Positions 49,274 through 59,459 of a stretch of 64,000 nucleotides of DNA are shown piece after piece. A program made the translations under genes and the position numbers. Each line of letters begins with the position of its first letter. Position 1 is the first letter of the stretch. This DNA is from a virus (taxonomy: Duplodnaviria > Caudoviricetes). The notes beneath the pieces are model-generated. The model was not told the DNA's origin, did no database searches, and worked only from the letters and a program-made list of their open reading frames with translations. The DNA is taken from IMG/VR virus record IMGVR_UViG_3300035498_000877, positions 96,001 to 160,000 of that record. One strand, written 5' to 3'.

Positions 49274-49783
49274 ATGGCAAAGAAAGTTAAAATTGCAAAA
49301 GGCACATTGTCTGTAATTGAGGCAACATCAGATGCATTGAAGCCTCGTAAAGATGGATCTTATAAGATCAAATTCAAAAAGAAGAAAGATAGAAGAAAGC
49401 TTAAAGAGAATTGTATTCATTGGGTAAAAAAGAAAAAAATAATTCCGCCAGTAACATCAAGTGATGCTAAACCAGGATATTGGAAATGCTTGGTATGCGG
49501 AGAACTTATTCCGATCAAGCCAAATGATGAACAAACCAATGCAAATATTAATCAGGCATTCAGAGAACAGCTTAACCAGATAATGTTATACTCTGTAAAA
49601 CTTGGTGGAGATGATGATTCTACAAAGTTACTTCTCACAATGAGAAAAGGACTTATTAAGTTTGAGAAATTACAGAAGAATGTTCTTAAGGCAATGAGAA
49701 AGAGAGAAGCAGCACAAAGTAAGGCTAAGACAAATGGTGCTGACTCATTTAATGTTTATCAGTCATACAATTATAGAAACTAA
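49274..49783 (+). CDS. Basic protein with possible Zn site (CIH...CLVC)
   Basis: 169-aa ORF, GGAGG RBS. Confidence 0.7.
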   Translation: MAKKVKIAKGTLSVIEATSDALKPRKDGSYKIKFKKKKDRRKLKENCIHWVKKKKIIPPVTSSDAKPGYWKCLVCGELIPIKPNDEQTNANINQAFREQLNQIMLYSVKLGGDDDSTKLLLTMRKGLIKFEKLQKNVLKAMRKREAAQSKAKTNGADSFNVYQSYNYRN

Positions 49784-49790
49784 AGTATAT

Positions 49791-49823
49791 AAAGAATTGG
49801 GGTTGTAAAAATCCCAATTCTTT
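49791..49823 (+). terminator. Intrinsic terminator
   Basis: aaagaattggg...cccaattcttt plus T-run. Confidence 0.7.
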
Positions 49824-49843
49824 TTTCAGAAGGAGAATAAATA

Positions 49844-50503
49844 ATGGAAGAAAAAGAGATTATTAAAAAGATATTAAATGATGGCCGAGATTGGAAAGAT
49901 GTAAATGATGAATTACCTGAGTATGGAAAACGTGTAGTCATTCATTATACAAATGATGAATATACAGTTTATGAAACTGATACTCAGATATATAAAGCAG
50001 AAGCTATGGCAGTTGGTGTATTGGAGGAACATGATGGAGAATTCCATATTTGTCCACCATATATCAAATATGAGTATAGTCCTCTTACTAAGAGAAGTGA
50101 GCTAATCAATGGTACAAAAGTAACTCATTGGGCAGAGGCAACTGAAGAAGATCTTAAAGACTGGGATGATCAGTATATGCTCGATAATAAGTATGAACAA
50201 TTCGATTTCCAAGTCAGTGAAGATATGGAAGAGAATGTATACAAGACTATTATCAGAGCAAGATCAATAGTAAATGATATCATGGCAATTAAAGTGTCTA
50301 AAGATAAAAATGATATGATGTATAGATTAAATTCGGTAATAGATCATTATCTGGGTGTCGAGGATATGACAATAGAAACTTTGAAGGCAATGGCATCAAT
50401 TCTCGGAGATATGCAAGCAATGATCGACTATAGTGAACATATCAAAGATGGAAAATTAGTGGAGAATGTTAACTATGGTGAGCAGCAAACAGATTTATCT
50501 TAA
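49844..50503 (+). CDS. Hypothetical protein with DUF551-like N-terminal region
   Basis: WKDVNDELPEYGKRV...VTHWA. Confidence 0.6.
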   Translation: MEEKEIIKKILNDGRDWKDVNDELPEYGKRVVIHYTNDEYTVYETDTQIYKAEAMAVGVLEEHDGEFHICPPYIKYEYSPLTKRSELINGTKVTHWAEATEEDLKDWDDQYMLDNKYEQFDFQVSEDMEENVYKTIIRARSIVNDIMAIKVSKDKNDMMYRLNSVIDHYLGVEDMTIETLKAMASILGDMQAMIDYSEHIKDGKLVENVNYGEQQTDLS

Positions 50504-51122
50504 AGAGGATCTTCCTACTTGGGATGAAATTTATAATGAATTTTATCTCAAAAAATCAAGTATGTATAAACCAGGTATACAACAAAAGATGGATTTATAT
50601 TGGAAGATACCTAGAAAGCTATATGTATTATCAACAGTATGTAATCAGTTAAATAAAATGCTTTCTGATATAGATTACAATCAATATCTAAATCTAATAC
50701 GTGAATTATCTGATATAGTTAAAAGTGAATATACAATAACAGACATTCACTTTACATTAGTATATTCACGTTCAAAAAGTGATAGTATGTTATTATTTCC
50801 AATCAGTCAAATTAAAGTTGGAAAAGATGAAGTACCTGCTGTATTCACAATTGATATGCCTGATGGGAAAGAAAACATATTTGCACCAACAAGAAAATAT
50901 TTCCATGACAATGAGCGATTGATCAGTGTCAATAAATATATTAATCATGAATTGGAACTTGGGATATTAATAGGAATGGAACAATTTCAAAACTATTGGT
51001 GCATTAATAGTTCTACGGAAAAAGAAAAATTTTGGGATATAATAAGATTAATTCTTAGAGATGTAATTGTATATTTTTCGGGTGATAAACCAGGATGGAA
51101 GGATGAAAAGGAAGGGGCATGA
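50466..51122 (+). CDS. Hypothetical protein
   Basis: 218-aa ORF. Confidence 0.65.
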   Translation: MLTMVSSKQIYLKEDLPTWDEIYNEFYLKKSSMYKPGIQQKMDLYWKIPRKLYVLSTVCNQLNKMLSDIDYNQYLNLIRELSDIVKSEYTITDIHFTLVYSRSKSDSMLLFPISQIKVGKDEVPAVFTIDMPDGKENIFAPTRKYFHDNERLISVNKYINHELELGILIGMEQFQNYWCINSSTEKEKFWDIIRLILRDVIVYFSGDKPGWKDEKEGA

Positions 51123-51134
51123 ACCCCTTCCTTT
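51107..51134. terminator. Bidirectional terminator
   Basis: aaaggaagggg-catgaa-ccccttccttt. Confidence 0.75.
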
Positions 51135-51138
51135 ATTT

Positions 51139-53157
51139 TTACGGATTTAAATTCTTATCTTCATACTCTTTGAAATATGTTGTTGGATCTACAGATGAAT
51201 CGGTTACTTGTGCAACTGAATCATAGTAAATATTATTAGGTACTGGATTAACTTCAGATACTTTTGTATATCTTACCCAGATATCATATACTGCATCTTT
51301 CCTATCTCCGATAGACATTGATTCAAAATATAATCCATCTGCTTTCAATGTCACAGTAGCATATGTGTGTCCTGTAATATTTGATCCAGCTAATATACTC
51401 CACTCACTTGGATCTGATTGATACTCCCATGAACCACCAGCTTGGATAATACGGCATGTTGATGAATTAATCATATCAGATATTTTTTCTCTTGATTGAG
51501 AATTAGGTAAATAAGTAATGATACCATAGAATCTCATTATATAAGAATTATCCAATAATGAAGTTTCAAATCCTGGATCAAGTCTTTGTGGATGTATTGT
51601 GTAATCCATTATTGTATCATAATAAATATTACCACCAGGAGTATTTGGATCTGGCCAACCTCCTATAAGAGGTCTTAAATAATCAGCTAATTCTTGTAAT
51701 TTAATCTCATGACTCATTTGTCCAGTCTCATCTTCTGTATTACCAATTACAGTACCCCATTCACATTTTATTTTATCAGGAATAACTGCCTTATCCTGAA
51801 TATGCCTAGTCTCTATAGAATCTGATTTAATGTGATGAGACCATACAGAATTATCCCATATTTCATTTTCTGTAACATAATCAAGATATGCAAGAGTTTT
51901 TAATCCAGGAATTCGTATATCATCCGATATAGTTGTAAGATCATTATTGATATAATATTTAATAGAACCATTTACGGTTCCAGGAAGTATCTTAATTGCT
52001 GTAACATAATTAAAGCTAGCTAAATATTCTTTTGTGCAATATCCTTTAATCAGTTCATTAAATGCAGTATCTAATGATCCATTTGTATTTAATATATCTT
52101 TAACTATATTTACCATATTTAAACTCATACCATCAGTAGAGTCATTAAAGTATTTATTATCAAACTTTGAATATACTCCCATATTAGATATATCCCAAGA
52201 ATATGTTCCATCCTGATTCAATCTACAAATAGCTACTGCATTATATGAATCATGTGTCTTACGAACAAAATATGCTTTCCTATAATATTTAGCTGATGCT
52301 CTAGGAAGATCTACTAAATCTTCAACAACTTGGATATCGTCAATCCAATCTGATATATGCTGTGCAGTACTATCATATGATGTAATTCTATTCTCAACAT
52401 ATTCAACTACAGCTCTTGTAGATGGATAGTGTGAACTATCATTATTTTCAGAATCAGAAAATGCTGAAACTTTATTTGATAAATTTTCCTTTGTTTTAAA
52501 TATATCATAGTGAGCATTATTATCGTCCATATGATTATCCATTGTATCAAGAACCGAACTAACTCTATCATCAAGTGTATTATTAATCTCATCCACTAAA
52601 TCCCATAATTTAACAAGATTTCTACGTATATCTGTATGAGTAGTATCAGCTGTTGAATAATTATGTTTAGCTATTAAATCTGATATTGTATCTGATACGA
52701 CATTATTAATATCCAATTGATCTAATGTAACTGAATGTGGATTATTCGTATTATTGATATGATTATATAATTCTTCCAGATTTACTTTGAAATCATAATT
52801 ACTAATCATATTATTGACTGCTTGTTGTTGTGGACCAGATAATGGTTTATCAATATCAGCAGTATTATCAACTCTTCCAAGACCAACATCTTTAGCAGCT
52901 AATGTAACATCACCCTGTTGATTATTAACTGAAGTTACTGGGAATACAATTGTACTTTGTCCACCAGTTAGAATATCTATTTTCAAATCAGCAAGTATTT
53001 GACGAAGATTTTTATTAGTAGCAGTCTGATCATCAAATACTTGGTCTAATATCGTACTAGGATATATTTGATCAACTTTTGATGAACGTGGGTTATTCTC
53101 ATCTTCCAGAACAAATAAATCTCTCGGCAAATTATTCACAATTCTATTATTAGCCAT
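51139..53157 (-). CDS. Tail-fibre-like structural protein (N-terminus related to 30020-33799)
   Basis: IYPSTILDQV, VTSVNNQQGDV, VGLGRVDNTADIDKPLS, NPHSVT, YPSTRAV. Confidence 0.68.
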   Translation of the reverse strand: MANNRIVNNLPRDLFVLEDENNPRSSKVDQIYPSTILDQVFDDQTATNKNLRQILADLKIDILTGGQSTIVFPVTSVNNQQGDVTLAAKDVGLGRVDNTADIDKPLSGPQQQAVNNMISNYDFKVNLEELYNHINNTNNPHSVTLDQLDINNVVSDTISDLIAKHNYSTADTTHTDIRRNLVKLWDLVDEINNTLDDRVSSVLDTMDNHMDDNNAHYDIFKTKENLSNKVSAFSDSENNDSSHYPSTRAVVEYVENRITSYDSTAQHISDWIDDIQVVEDLVDLPRASAKYYRKAYFVRKTHDSYNAVAICRLNQDGTYSWDISNMGVYSKFDNKYFNDSTDGMSLNMVNIVKDILNTNGSLDTAFNELIKGYCTKEYLASFNYVTAIKILPGTVNGSIKYYINNDLTTISDDIRIPGLKTLAYLDYVTENEIWDNSVWSHHIKSDSIETRHIQDKAVIPDKIKCEWGTVIGNTEDETGQMSHEIKLQELADYLRPLIGGWPDPNTPGGNIYYDTIMDYTIHPQRLDPGFETSLLDNSYIMRFYGIITYLPNSQSREKISDMINSSTCRIIQAGGSWEYQSDPSEWSILAGSNITGHTYATVTLKADGLYFESMSIGDRKDAVYDIWVRYTKVSEVNPVPNNIYYDSVAQVTDSSVDPTTYFKEYEDKNLNP

Positions 53158-53266
53158 AATTAACCTCCTATTTTATTTTTATTTCATTATTAATTTCGTT
53201 CTAATTCGAATATATATTCTCAATATGCAAATAAACAAATCTAAATAATAAAAATGAAAGGAGAAT

Positions 53267-53572
53267 ATGTTTATGCGTGCAGGAATTAATAACATTATTA
53301 TGGAAGATGAAAGTGATATTTATAATTATATTACTAAAGGGATTCTTCCCTCTGGAAAGAACAGAGATATTTTGATTAACAAAATTGCAAGTGGAGAGTA
53401 TAATGATATTCTTGAAAATGCAGTTCAGACAAAAAAGAATGTAGAAGTGATTTGTAAAAATCGCAAGAAAAATACTATTGCGGCTATTATTGCAACAACA
53501 AGTGCATTTATATTAGGCACCAGTTATGGAACTAAGAAAACTGAACACAAACAGAAAAAGTTAGAAAAATGA
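53267..53572 (+). CDS. Small protein with C-terminal hydrophobic segment
   Basis: AAGGAG RBS; upstream TATATATT at 53211. Confidence 0.65.
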   Translation: MFMRAGINNIIMEDESDIYNYITKGILPSGKNRDILINKIASGEYNDILENAVQTKKNVEVICKNRKKNTIAAIIATTSAFILGTSYGTKKTEHKQKKLEK

Positions 53573-53578
53573 TAAAAA

Positions 53579-53609
53579 ATATAAGGGGGTAAGCACAACC
53601 CCCTTATAT
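53579..53609. terminator. Terminator hairpin
   Basis: atataaggggg-taagcacaa-cccccttatat. Confidence 0.75.
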
Positions 53610-53840
53610 AATTTGACTGTATATAATAGCATACTAGAGTATACTAATTTTTTGGAAAATAAATGTTGTAATTTTCATGCAATATACTTTACTTTACACA
53701 TTTTATAGTTACATTATATCAGCTTCTTATAGCTCACATGTCTATCCTATCTGATACTTTCAATATGAAATTGTCGAAATTGTTTTGGATTTTGATTGGT
53801 CTTTTTAAGAATAATATAGTTGGGTTTATGAATACTAATC

Positions 53841-54404
53841 TTAAATTACTTTTCCATTTGCATCTTTACGAACTTTTGTCTGTAAGTAAGAAGGTACTGG
53901 ACTCTTAGCTCTAATCTGAACTGAATCCTTTGATGTAGTTGTCACTGTTCCCAATGACTCTTGGGTCTTTGGATCTCTAACCTTAGATGTTTTAGTCTTA
54001 CCAGGAACATCTGCAAGATAAATAGATCCACCAACTGTTGGCTGCTGTGGAAGATCAAACTTCTTACCACATTTAATCTGTTCCATAACTATGTATGGAA
54101 TAGCTTCAGAGATACCGCTTGTGACGATTTCTGCTGTATCGAGAACTGCTTCCTCAGACTTCTGTGGAAACTTAGCTTTCTCGATTGTCTTCTTGATATC
54201 AGATCTAATCAAATCTGATATTGATACTTCACCATTTTGTTGTCCATCCTTGCCGTATGTCTTGATCTTGAATGAAGTATCATTAGCTAATGCTGAAGTC
54301 AAATCTGAAAAACCAGACTTAGAGAATGATCCCTTGCCAGTCATTATGTCATTGATCTTGTCTTCACCTTTAGCCTTTGATAGTACATCGTTCACCATCT
54401 TCAT
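53841..54404 (-). CDS. Divergent HU/IHF-like DNA-binding protein
   Basis: GKKFDLP...KTKTSKVRDPKTQESLGTV...QIRAK resembles the HU arm (RNPKTGE); ATG 54404 after AAGGAGG. Confidence 0.55.
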   Translation of the reverse strand: MKMVNDVLSKAKGEDKINDIMTGKGSFSKSGFSDLTSALANDTSFKIKTYGKDGQQNGEVSISDLIRSDIKKTIEKAKFPQKSEEAVLDTAEIVTSGISEAIPYIVMEQIKCGKKFDLPQQPTVGGSIYLADVPGKTKTSKVRDPKTQESLGTVTTTSKDSVQIRAKSPVPSYLQTKVRKDANGKVI

Positions 54405-54543
54405 GTCAATGGCCCTCCTTATTAAATTTTTAAAAATCTTATATGTCAGGATTTTTACAATATAAGTAGTATACAAAATACTTTTAATACTGGATCTATC
54501 CCGATATATTCAATGAAATAATATATAATTAAAAAACATATAT

Positions 54544-54567
54544 GAGTTGAGGGAATCAACCCTCAAC
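54544..54567. terminator. Hairpin/terminator
   Basis: gttgaggg-aatcaa-ccctcaac with extended flanking pairing. Confidence 0.6.
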
Positions 54568-54627
54568 CCACATATGTTGTTCAAAGAAGGCGCTTTATAC
54601 AAAAATGAGTAACCGGCAAATTTATTA

Positions 54628-55062
54628 TCAAATATTGTTGTTACCTGTATTACCATTATTACTATTATTACCATTATGAATATGTGTAGACATTTCTATT
54701 ACAATCTCATATTCTCTAGTAATGTTAGCAATTTCAGAATTTATCCTATCGAATTTCTCTTTTAATTCTTTTGATTTCTTATAAAGCTCTTGATTTAAAG
54801 TCGTACCACTCAACTCTTCATAATTAGATAATAGTGTCATATTTGTTTCTAGTGTCAATATTATCATATCATATATGATATTCTCTCGTTCTTTTTCCTT
54901 ATCAGCAAGTTTTTGTTTTAAGTCTCTTTCTCTTTCAAGGAATGTCGTTTGTTCATCAATCTTATTAATTACGTTATCTTGTTTCTTTTGTATAAGAAGT
55001 GTTATAATGGAAAAAACACCTGTGATTATAGATATAATGACTGTTGATAAATATTTATCCAT
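54628..55062 (-). CDS. Single-TM coiled-coil protein (possibly lysis-related)
   Basis: N-terminal TM followed by a long coiled coil. Confidence 0.6.
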   Translation of the reverse strand: MDKYLSTVIISIITGVFSIITLLIQKKQDNVINKIDEQTTFLERERDLKQKLADKEKERENIIYDMIILTLETNMTLLSNYEELSGTTLNQELYKKSKELKEKFDRINSEIANITREYEIVIEMSTHIHNGNNSNNGNTGNNNI

Positions 55063-55113
55063 CTTTATGCCCCCCCTATCAGAATCTAAATATTAATGAA
55101 TACAAATACTTAC

Positions 55114-55707
55114 CTAAATCCTTCGTATAGTATTATATGTTTTTAAAGTAGTCTTCTGATACTTTAATACTACCAAATTAAATAATGTAAATATCAATAT
55201 TAATATAATATACCCAATAAAACTTATTAGCCATAGATTAGTAACTTTATGGTATGGCAGCCATATTATAGCAATAGCATCCTCATCATAAACAGTAATA
55301 TGTTGAAAATATACAATTTGGTCAACATTACCATTCTCATATGTACAATAACCTCTATCATTATCCAGAAGTATATTATCAAGAATTTCAAAATCTTTTA
55401 TATCATTTGGAGAAATATTATAATCTTTTCCACATATCCTTGTAATCATATTGAAATCAGTTGAATATACTTCTGCCATCTTTGATATATTTGGATTATA
55501 TAGTTGCAATTGTTCAATTATTTGATTCTCTTCATCTTCATCCAATGTTGATGATGAATCAATAGGTAAACATAAATCTTTACTATCTTCCATCTGATTA
55601 ATTTTTTTATCGCAGATATTAATCATTAAAATTACAAATGCTGCAATTATGATGATTGATATTATTTCCGGATTAAATAATAATCGTTTGGCCTTCTCAA
55701 TTTTCAT
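55114..55707 (-). CDS. Two-TM membrane protein with extracytoplasmic domain
   Basis: N- and C-terminal hydrophobic helices. Confidence 0.65.
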   Translation of the reverse strand: MKIEKAKRLLFNPEIISIIIIAAFVILMINICDKKINQMEDSKDLCLPIDSSSTLDEDEENQIIEQLQLYNPNISKMAEVYSTDFNMITRICGKDYNISPNDIKDFEILDNILLDNDRGYCTYENGNVDQIVYFQHITVYDEDAIAIIWLPYHKVTNLWLISFIGYIILILIFTLFNLVVLKYQKTTLKTYNTIRRI

Positions 55708-55773
55708 TTAATCATCCCCTTTTATATTAAAAAGAACTTAATATATTACTACCTTACTACATTGTTTGAGAAA

Positions 55774-55803
55774 AATAGGTGAGGTACTGTACCTCAACCT
55801 ATT
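55774..55803 (-). terminator. Intrinsic terminator
   Basis: aatagg-tgaggtac-t-gtacctca-a-cctatt. Confidence 0.7.
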
Positions 55804-55807
55804 AAAA

Positions 55808-56794
55808 TTATCTAGCATATAATCTATAGACAGCTTCAATTGCATCTCCTTCAGATAACTGGATAGATGGTCTAGTAAAATGCGTGAATATTCTGCATGC
55901 TTCCCACATATTTTTTGATGAATTATACCATCCAGATACAAGGGCAAATTCATTCACTCTAGGTGATGCCCCAGTAGTTGTAAAGAATCCTCTTCCATCA
56001 TGTTCATCAACAGATATATTCATTTCTACATATGATTCAATTGAATTAGATGATGTGGATGAGAATACTGTATCATCAACTACTGATAATTCATCTTCAT
56101 TATCAGTAACCCATGCATGTACAATATGCGGAGCTGGATCGTCAAATGTTTTAATATAATATGAAGTAACAGGATCAGTAGTAGCTGATGCTTGATATGT
56201 TGTACTTTGTCCAAAATATTTAGATGCATCTATAGTAGTTCCATCATTGGACATTCTAAAAGGTATAGCTCTATAAAGAGTTCTATTCTTATAATCAGGA
56301 GCTATAGCTGTCATATTATCTTCTTTTGCTGCTCCATCACCCATCATAAATCCAAAGATATAATTTAATGCTGATATATTAACTCCTTGATTTATTGAAA
56401 GAGTTCCATCAGTTGTAGAACATTCTGCATTATAGTAGATTGATTTATATTCCTCTCTAGGTACACCAATCTTCATCAATGGAGCTTCATCATTTAGATC
56501 TCCAACTCTTAAAGTTGTTTCCTCATCTAATCCAATATTGAATAGCTTATCAAATACAAATTGATATGCTCCAATTGGAACTATGTTATGATCCTTATAA
56601 TAAACTTCATCAAATTTGGTAATAAATGTTTTATTTCCAAATGGATCAGTATAAGGTACTAAGTGTTTACCTCTACCAAATATTACTTCACCTCTTAATC
56701 CACCCAATCCACCATGCTCTGATGCATGTACTTTATCTATCATCTGTATACGTTTAGTTTTAGATCTATTATTTGTGTATTTATTTTTTCTCAT
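55808..56794 (-). CDS. Putative virion structural protein
   Basis: HNIVP, GDG, PFR, NEFAL, FTHFT and YRLY pattern resembling myophage tail-collar/baseplate proteins. Confidence 0.5.
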   Translation of the reverse strand: MRKNKYTNNRSKTKRIQMIDKVHASEHGGLGGLRGEVIFGRGKHLVPYTDPFGNKTFITKFDEVYYKDHNIVPIGAYQFVFDKLFNIGLDEETTLRVGDLNDEAPLMKIGVPREEYKSIYYNAECSTTDGTLSINQGVNISALNYIFGFMMGDGAAKEDNMTAIAPDYKNRTLYRAIPFRMSNDGTTIDASKYFGQSTTYQASATTDPVTSYYIKTFDDPAPHIVHAWVTDNEDELSVVDDTVFSSTSSNSIESYVEMNISVDEHDGRGFFTTTGASPRVNEFALVSGWYNSSKNMWEACRIFTHFTRPSIQLSEGDAIEAVYRLYAR

Positions 56795-56873
56795 GATATA
56801 TATTTCCTTTCTTTTTTCTGATTATTTGATTTACCCTCTAGTTAATAATAAAAATTATAAAGGAGAATTAAAT

Positions 56874-58193
56874 ATGTTATCTAATAATAGTCCCTTATCA
56901 GGTGCTAGCTTGTACTTATGTAAATATAAAGTTAATATGGTACTTATGCTAGGAGAAGATTATATTCAACTTGATAATTCAAATATATTAACAATAGAGT
57001 ACCTTAATGATTATGAATTCAATATACGTGCTGTTTTAAAAGTTGGTCTACGACTAGATATACGTAGAAAAATATGGATATTAAAAAATAAACGTTCTGT
57101 TACATGTAAATTTGAATTAACTGAATTTGGTATGGATAATGAGGAAGAGAATTCAATTACATGTGAACGCATTGTATGGAATAATGTATTTACAGCTTAC
57201 TTTAATGATGAGGAAGAAAGTACTGATACTGCTGTAATGGAAGCTCGTATTAATGCCAATGAAGGAGTTGGCAATGCTGAATCAGCTATTGATTCTGAAA
57301 ACCTCTATGAAACACAAAATACTCTTGATCTTTACTTATTTGATCCTGAATTACTTGATGCATCTAATAAGAAGTTTAATATAGTATTTAAGAAAGATAT
57401 ATTGCAACAATGTGTTGCTAGAGTATTAACAGCTACCAAACATAAAAAAGTATTAATGAGTCCATTTGAAAATGATGAAGTATATTCAGAATTATTGGTT
57501 CCTTATAATCCTGCATATAAAGTATTAATGTATCTAGATCAAAAATATGGATTCTATAAAACAGGAGCTATCATATATTATGATGTAGATAAATTATATA
57601 TATTAAACAGTAATGGCAAAGTAACCGCTAAAGAACAGGATGAATATACTCGTACTATTCTATATGCAGCACAGATAGATGCAGGTACCCCTGGTAATGG
57701 TATGTTTATTCGCAATGGGGAGATAACTAATTATTGCTCTATAAATGAGATGGATGTCAATACTGAGAATTTCTCATTATCTACGAACGAATCATCAGGT
57801 AGTGAAGCAAAGGTAGTTATATCTGATGATATAACTATTGATACTGCATCTGCAAATCAATCATATATGAGTCAACGTAATGAACGTATTGTATATGCTT
57901 CCAAAGATAGTAATAAATATATATCATCCATAACTAAAGCTAGAATGGAAGAGAATGAATGTGTTCTCTATGTAACTGCAAATAACCTTGATATCAATTC
58001 ATTCAAACCTAATAAAGAGTATCAAATTGTTTTTGATGAAACAACTAAGCAAGAACGTTATGGAAAATATTTCTACCGTCTAGCATATGCTTATCATTAT
58101 TTCAAACTTGAATCAGATCAATATTATTCATGCTCTAGTCAGATGTCATTCAAGAAACGATGTGACGATCCTGATTCAGAAACTACAGAATGA
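56874..58193 (+). CDS. Putative baseplate hub-like structural protein
   Basis: ATG 56874 after AAGGAG; YLDQKYGFYKTG; function inferred weakly. Confidence 0.45.
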   Translation: MLSNNSPLSGASLYLCKYKVNMVLMLGEDYIQLDNSNILTIEYLNDYEFNIRAVLKVGLRLDIRRKIWILKNKRSVTCKFELTEFGMDNEEENSITCERIVWNNVFTAYFNDEEESTDTAVMEARINANEGVGNAESAIDSENLYETQNTLDLYLFDPELLDASNKKFNIVFKKDILQQCVARVLTATKHKKVLMSPFENDEVYSELLVPYNPAYKVLMYLDQKYGFYKTGAIIYYDVDKLYILNSNGKVTAKEQDEYTRTILYAAQIDAGTPGNGMFIRNGEITNYCSINEMDVNTENFSLSTNESSGSEAKVVISDDITIDTASANQSYMSQRNERIVYASKDSNKYISSITKARMEENECVLYVTANNLDINSFKPNKEYQIVFDETTKQERYGKYFYRLAYAYHYFKLESDQYYSCSSQMSFKKRCDDPDSETTE

Positions 58194-59364
58194 TAGTTAG
58201 GTTCTGAGTAGCTCTAGTCATTGCGGTATAAAGTAGTCTTTTATAAATATCATAATCAACTTCTAATGTGTTATCAGTTAAGAGAGTTACTTTATCCCAA
58301 TGGCTAAGTCGAGCTAATTGCGGTGTTAATGCATATGCATATTCAGCTTGAACAAATTCATCAGGTATTATCTGCCTTGATTGTAAATCTAGATCATTTA
58401 AATAAAATCTATCAAGATATAAATCATCAAATATCTCATGGTAGAATTCTGCCTTAAACTCAAATGGTACATATCTAGTATTCAAAGCATGTTTATTTAT
58501 CCTATTTATGTTTCCAACTACTCCTCTAGCTAAATATACTTTTATTTTCTTCTCATCAGCATTAACTAATTTATGTTTATACATATTATTCATTATAATG
58601 ATTCTTTCATTATTAATGGTATAATAAGTTTTTTGTTTGAGTATTTTAGTTCTATAAATCATATTTGTTTTATCTCTCAATTCATCTGACATTGCTATTA
58701 CCATATCAGAAGATTTCAAATTAAATAGATTCATTTGTTTCTTTGGAACTACTGAAATATTATCATAGTTTCCATATTCAATCTTTTTATTATTTAATAC
58801 AAGATGAGAAAAATATACAAGTGGATTTTTTATATACTCTGGAGCTACCTCATTTAATTCAATATTCGGATCTTTCATATATAAAGTAGATAATTGATCA
58901 GGGATCAACATTGGATCTCTTACTAATATAATTGGAAGTCCTAATGATGATAAATCAGTTAATGTTTCCATTGGTACCAATAATGAATCTAATACTACTA
59001 TTAATTTATAATCTGGCCATACTTTCTTAATAGGTTTTTTCTTCCACTCATATTCCATTACAGAACTATTTGGATTTAATATTGGTAATGTATCATAATC
59101 GACTTTTCTACTATATCTATATAAGAATCCATTCAAATAATATGCATGATATTTTTTATATGCCAACTCTAATACTTTCTTTTGATTATATGATAAATAT
59201 ATAACTTCTCTAGGATCAAATCCAAATTTATCAAGAAACATTTGTAATAGATCCCATGTACCAGTACCAACAACTCCAGATATTTCTATGATCTGGTGAG
59301 ATTGTTTCTTGTACCATTTTTCCAATTTTGATAGACCATAATATTGGTCTGTTGTCATTGTCAT
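58183..59364 (-). CDS. Degenerate Dda/RecD-like SF1B helicase homologue
   Basis: ISGVVGTGT (Walker A lacks Lys), LIVVLDS, LVRDPM, YAYALT, LLYTAMTRA. Confidence 0.75.
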   Translation of the reverse strand: MTMTTDQYYGLSKLEKWYKKQSHQIIEISGVVGTGTWDLLQMFLDKFGFDPREVIYLSYNQKKVLELAYKKYHAYYLNGFLYRYSRKVDYDTLPILNPNSSVMEYEWKKKPIKKVWPDYKLIVVLDSLLVPMETLTDLSSLGLPIILVRDPMLIPDQLSTLYMKDPNIELNEVAPEYIKNPLVYFSHLVLNNKKIEYGNYDNISVVPKKQMNLFNLKSSDMVIAMSDELRDKTNMIYRTKILKQKTYYTINNERIIIMNNMYKHKLVNADEKKIKVYLARGVVGNINRINKHALNTRYVPFEFKAEFYHEIFDDLYLDRFYLNDLDLQSRQIIPDEFVQAEYAYALTPQLARLSHWDKVTLLTDNTLEVDYDIYKRLLYTAMTRATQNLTIIL

Positions 59365-59459
59365 TATAATTCCTCCTAGAATTTAATTTTTATAGATAGA
59401 AGTTCAATTATATATTTTATTTATGTAACTATAATATATTATATCTAAGGAGGATAAAC

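Noticed and set aside
55070-55076. C7 run as a phase-variation tract
   Set aside because: It coincides with the Shine-Dalgarno of 54628-55062; there is no other support.
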